Positions 48,219-49,630 of a DNA stretch of 49,630 nt are shown one piece after another. Where the stretch lies: positions 1-49,630 of the forward strand of contig LSCG01000002.1 in assembly GCA_001577055.1 (NCBI GenBank). The letters are read 5' to 3'. Source of the stretch: Fidelibacterota bacterium TCS56 (lineage in GTDB: Bacteria > Fidelibacterota > Marinisomatia > Marinisomatales > TCS56). Both the position numbers and the translations under genes were made by a program. Under the pieces are notes generated by a model that made no database searches, was not told where the DNA came from, and saw only the letters and a list, made by a program, of their open reading frames with translations. Numbering within the stretch: position 1 is the first letter of the stretch; each line of letters begins with the position of its first letter.

Positions 48219-49302
48219 AGAACTACTAGCTTTAATAAATTTGCTTAATGTAAAAGGGGTTGGCCCACAGCGGGTTAATGCGCTGGTGCGCCAATTCACC
48301 AAGCCGTCGGACATTTTCTCAGCCGACGAAGGCGACCTGTGCCAGGTCCCCCGGGTTGATGTTAAAACAGCCCGCCGCATTAAGGCTTATTCCGAACACT
48401 CCCACGTGGATAAGCTTCTCAACATCTGCCAGCGCCGGCAGATCGGTATTACTACTCTATGGGACGACGATTATCCCGAGTTACTTAAAAAGATATACGA
48501 TCCGCCTTCCATACTTTATTGGGCCGGTCAACCGCTGGAAAAACAAGCGGATTGTTTATCACTGGTGGGCTCACGCAAAACCACTAATTACGGTCGCAGT
48601 GTGGCCCAGAAACTAACACGGGAGGTGGTTGAACAGGGTCTGGTTACTGTCAGCGGACTGGCGCGGGGGATTGATTCGGTGGTCCATGATGAAACGGTGA
48701 AGCAGGGCGGACGTACGATTGCCGTGCTGGGCAGCGGGGTCGATGTGATCTATCCCGCCAGCAACCGGAAACTGGTGGATGCCATTCAAGAGCAAGGTAC
48801 CATCATCAGTGAATTTATTCCCGGCACCAAACCGGAGGCTGGTAATTTTCCCCAGCGGAACAGGATTATCAGCGGTCTGGGCCATGGAGTAGTGGTAGTC
48901 GAAGCCGGAAACCGCAGCGGAGCCATCCTGACGGCTCTGAATGCCATCGACCAGAATCGCGAAGTATTTGCCGTTCCGGGCCGGATCAATGATTCCCAGA
49001 GTGTGGGATGCCTGCGGCTTATCCGGCATGGTGCTGTACCGGCCACGGGCGCTGATGTAATCATGGATCAAATTGAGAACCGCCTGTATCGGCCTCACCG
49101 GGCACGGCAGACAACAATTAATTTGGAATTATCAGCGACGGAAGCCCGTATTTGCGAACATTTAAGCCACGATCCGGTTCATATTGATGATCTGGTCCGT
49201 GCCACGGAAATGGAATTAACCAAATTGCTGGCAATTTTGTTAGAGATGGAATTGCGAAATATCGTGGTTCAATTAAGCGGGAAGCAATTTGTATTAGCCT
49301 GA
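48208..49302 (+). CDS. dprA: DNA-processing protein DprA (Smf)
   Basis: 364 aa with an N-terminal SAM/HhH-like region, a Rossmann core (GSRKTTNYG, SGLARGIDSVVH, LGSGVDVIYPASN, FPQRNRIISGL, VVEAGNRSGA) and a C-terminal winged helix. Confidence 0.9.
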   Translation: METEELLALINLLNVKGVGPQRVNALVRQFTKPSDIFSADEGDLCQVPRVDVKTARRIKAYSEHSHVDKLLNICQRRQIGITTLWDDDYPELLKKIYDPPSILYWAGQPLEKQADCLSLVGSRKTTNYGRSVAQKLTREVVEQGLVTVSGLARGIDSVVHDETVKQGGRTIAVLGSGVDVIYPASNRKLVDAIQEQGTIISEFIPGTKPEAGNFPQRNRIISGLGHGVVVVEAGNRSGAILTALNAIDQNREVFAVPGRINDSQSVGCLRLIRHGAVPATGADVIMDQIENRLYRPHRARQTTINLELSATEARICEHLSHDPVHIDDLVRATEMELTKLLAILLEMELRNIVVQLSGKQFVLA

Positions 49303-49360
49303 AAAATTCAAATTGTTTACTCGTGGGGACAGGGCTAATTTTGCCCGCATGATTCGTCCT

Positions 49361-49383
49361 GCAAAAGGCGAATTTGCTTTTTT
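49361..49383 (+). terminator. Weak terminator-like hairpin after dprA
   Basis: GCAAA-AGGCGAA-TTTGC followed by TTTTTT. The stem is only 5 bp and AT-rich. Confidence 0.3.
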
Positions 49384-49394
49384 CCATCAGATTT

Positions 49395-49485
49395 GGAGAG
49401 GTGGCCGAGCTGGCTGAAGGCGCTCGCCTGCTAAGTGAGTAAGGGGTGTTGAGCCCCTTCCAGGGTTCGAATCCCTGCCTCTCCG
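49395..49485 (+). tRNA. tRNA-Ser (anticodon GCT), class II
   Basis: GGAGAGG-TG-GCC/GAGCTGGCTGAA/GGC-G-CTCGC-CTGCTAA-GTGAG-long variable arm (TAAGGGGTGTTGAGCCCCTTC)-CAGGG-TTCGAAT-CCCTG-CCTCTCC-G. CCA is not encoded. Confidence 0.9.
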
Positions 49486-49562
49486 CTCGACTTCGTCCGC
49501 CGGCTGGCGGACTTCGTCTCAGCAAGCTGATCTGCATAATAACATTTGCTTGCTGGAAACCT

Positions 49563-49630
49563 GGCGTCGTACCCAAGCGGTCTAAGGGAGCGGTCTGCAA
49601 AACCGCGATTCATCGGTTCGAATCCGATCG
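49563..49630 (+). tRNA. tRNA-Cys (anticodon GCA), truncated by window end
   Basis: GGCGTCG-TA-CCC/AAGCGGTCTAA/GGG-A-GCGGT-CTGCAAA-ACCGC-GATTC-ATCGG-TTCGAAT-CCGAT-CG... The 3' acceptor strand runs off the window. Confidence 0.8.

Noticed and set aside
49118-49613. Minus-strand ORFs (160 and 60 aa) at the 3' end
   Set aside because: They run through the dprA 3' end and across tRNA-Ser and tRNA-Cys, and the tRNA cloverleaves explain the sequence.
1-49630. Idea that the tRNA genes at both edges bracket a genomic island
   Set aside because: There is no integrase, transposase, direct att-like repeat of a tRNA 3' end, or phage or plasmid gene. The content is dominated by essential housekeeping operons (mre, fts, glyA, tyrS, obg).
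1-49630. Search for CRISPR arrays, TR/VR pairs of diversity-generating retroelements, toxin-antitoxin pairs or known defence genes
   Set aside because: I saw no regularly spaced direct repeats, reverse transcriptase, nuclease/ATPase defence signatures or small paired ORFs. Repeat detection by eye is limited, so a dot-plot would be needed for certainty.

Overview
This 49.6-kb chromosomal window probably comes from an uncultured member of the FCB (Fibrobacterota-Chlorobiota-Bacteroidota) super-group. The evidence is two T9SS C-terminal sorting domains, a PorV-like channel, a GWxTD protein and BamD. It uses the standard genetic code with TGA as a stop.

I call 46 CDS, all on the + strand, many with 1-20 nt overlaps. 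They are bracketed by tRNA-Leu(CAG), the only minus-strand gene, at the 5' edge and by tRNA-Ser(GCT) plus a truncated tRNA-Cys(GCA) at the 3' edge.

Most of the content is core housekeeping:
- smpB, tyrS, trxA-trxB, glyA
- a complete mreB-mreC-mreD-mrdA-rodA elongasome operon
- nadD, ftsE-ftsX, hrcA-grpE-dnaJ, comEA-like, rsmD, coaD, obg, dprA

I see no CRISPR array, transposase, integrase, phage gene or recognisable defence gene.

The non-routine content is envelope-related or consists of degenerate enzyme homologues:
1. A tight PorV-to-BamD gene string (29.9-38.8 kb). It contains an M6-peptidase homologue that has lost HExxH and a peptidase/PD40/Omp85-barrel fusion. This is my best candidate for an undescribed system.
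2. A translationally coupled beta-propeller / GWxTD / isocitrate-isopropylmalate-dehydrogenase-fold gene trio, in which the last protein has apparently lost its catalytic residues.
3. A TatT-type (TPR-protein-associated) TRAP transporter whose binding protein lacks the carboxylate-clamping Arg.
4. A half-size glycogen-synthase homologue followed by lipoprotein, barrel and TPR genes.
5. An orphan, degenerate ABC ATPase.

All family assignments rest on motifs read by eye and remembered family signatures. No database search or structure prediction was run.
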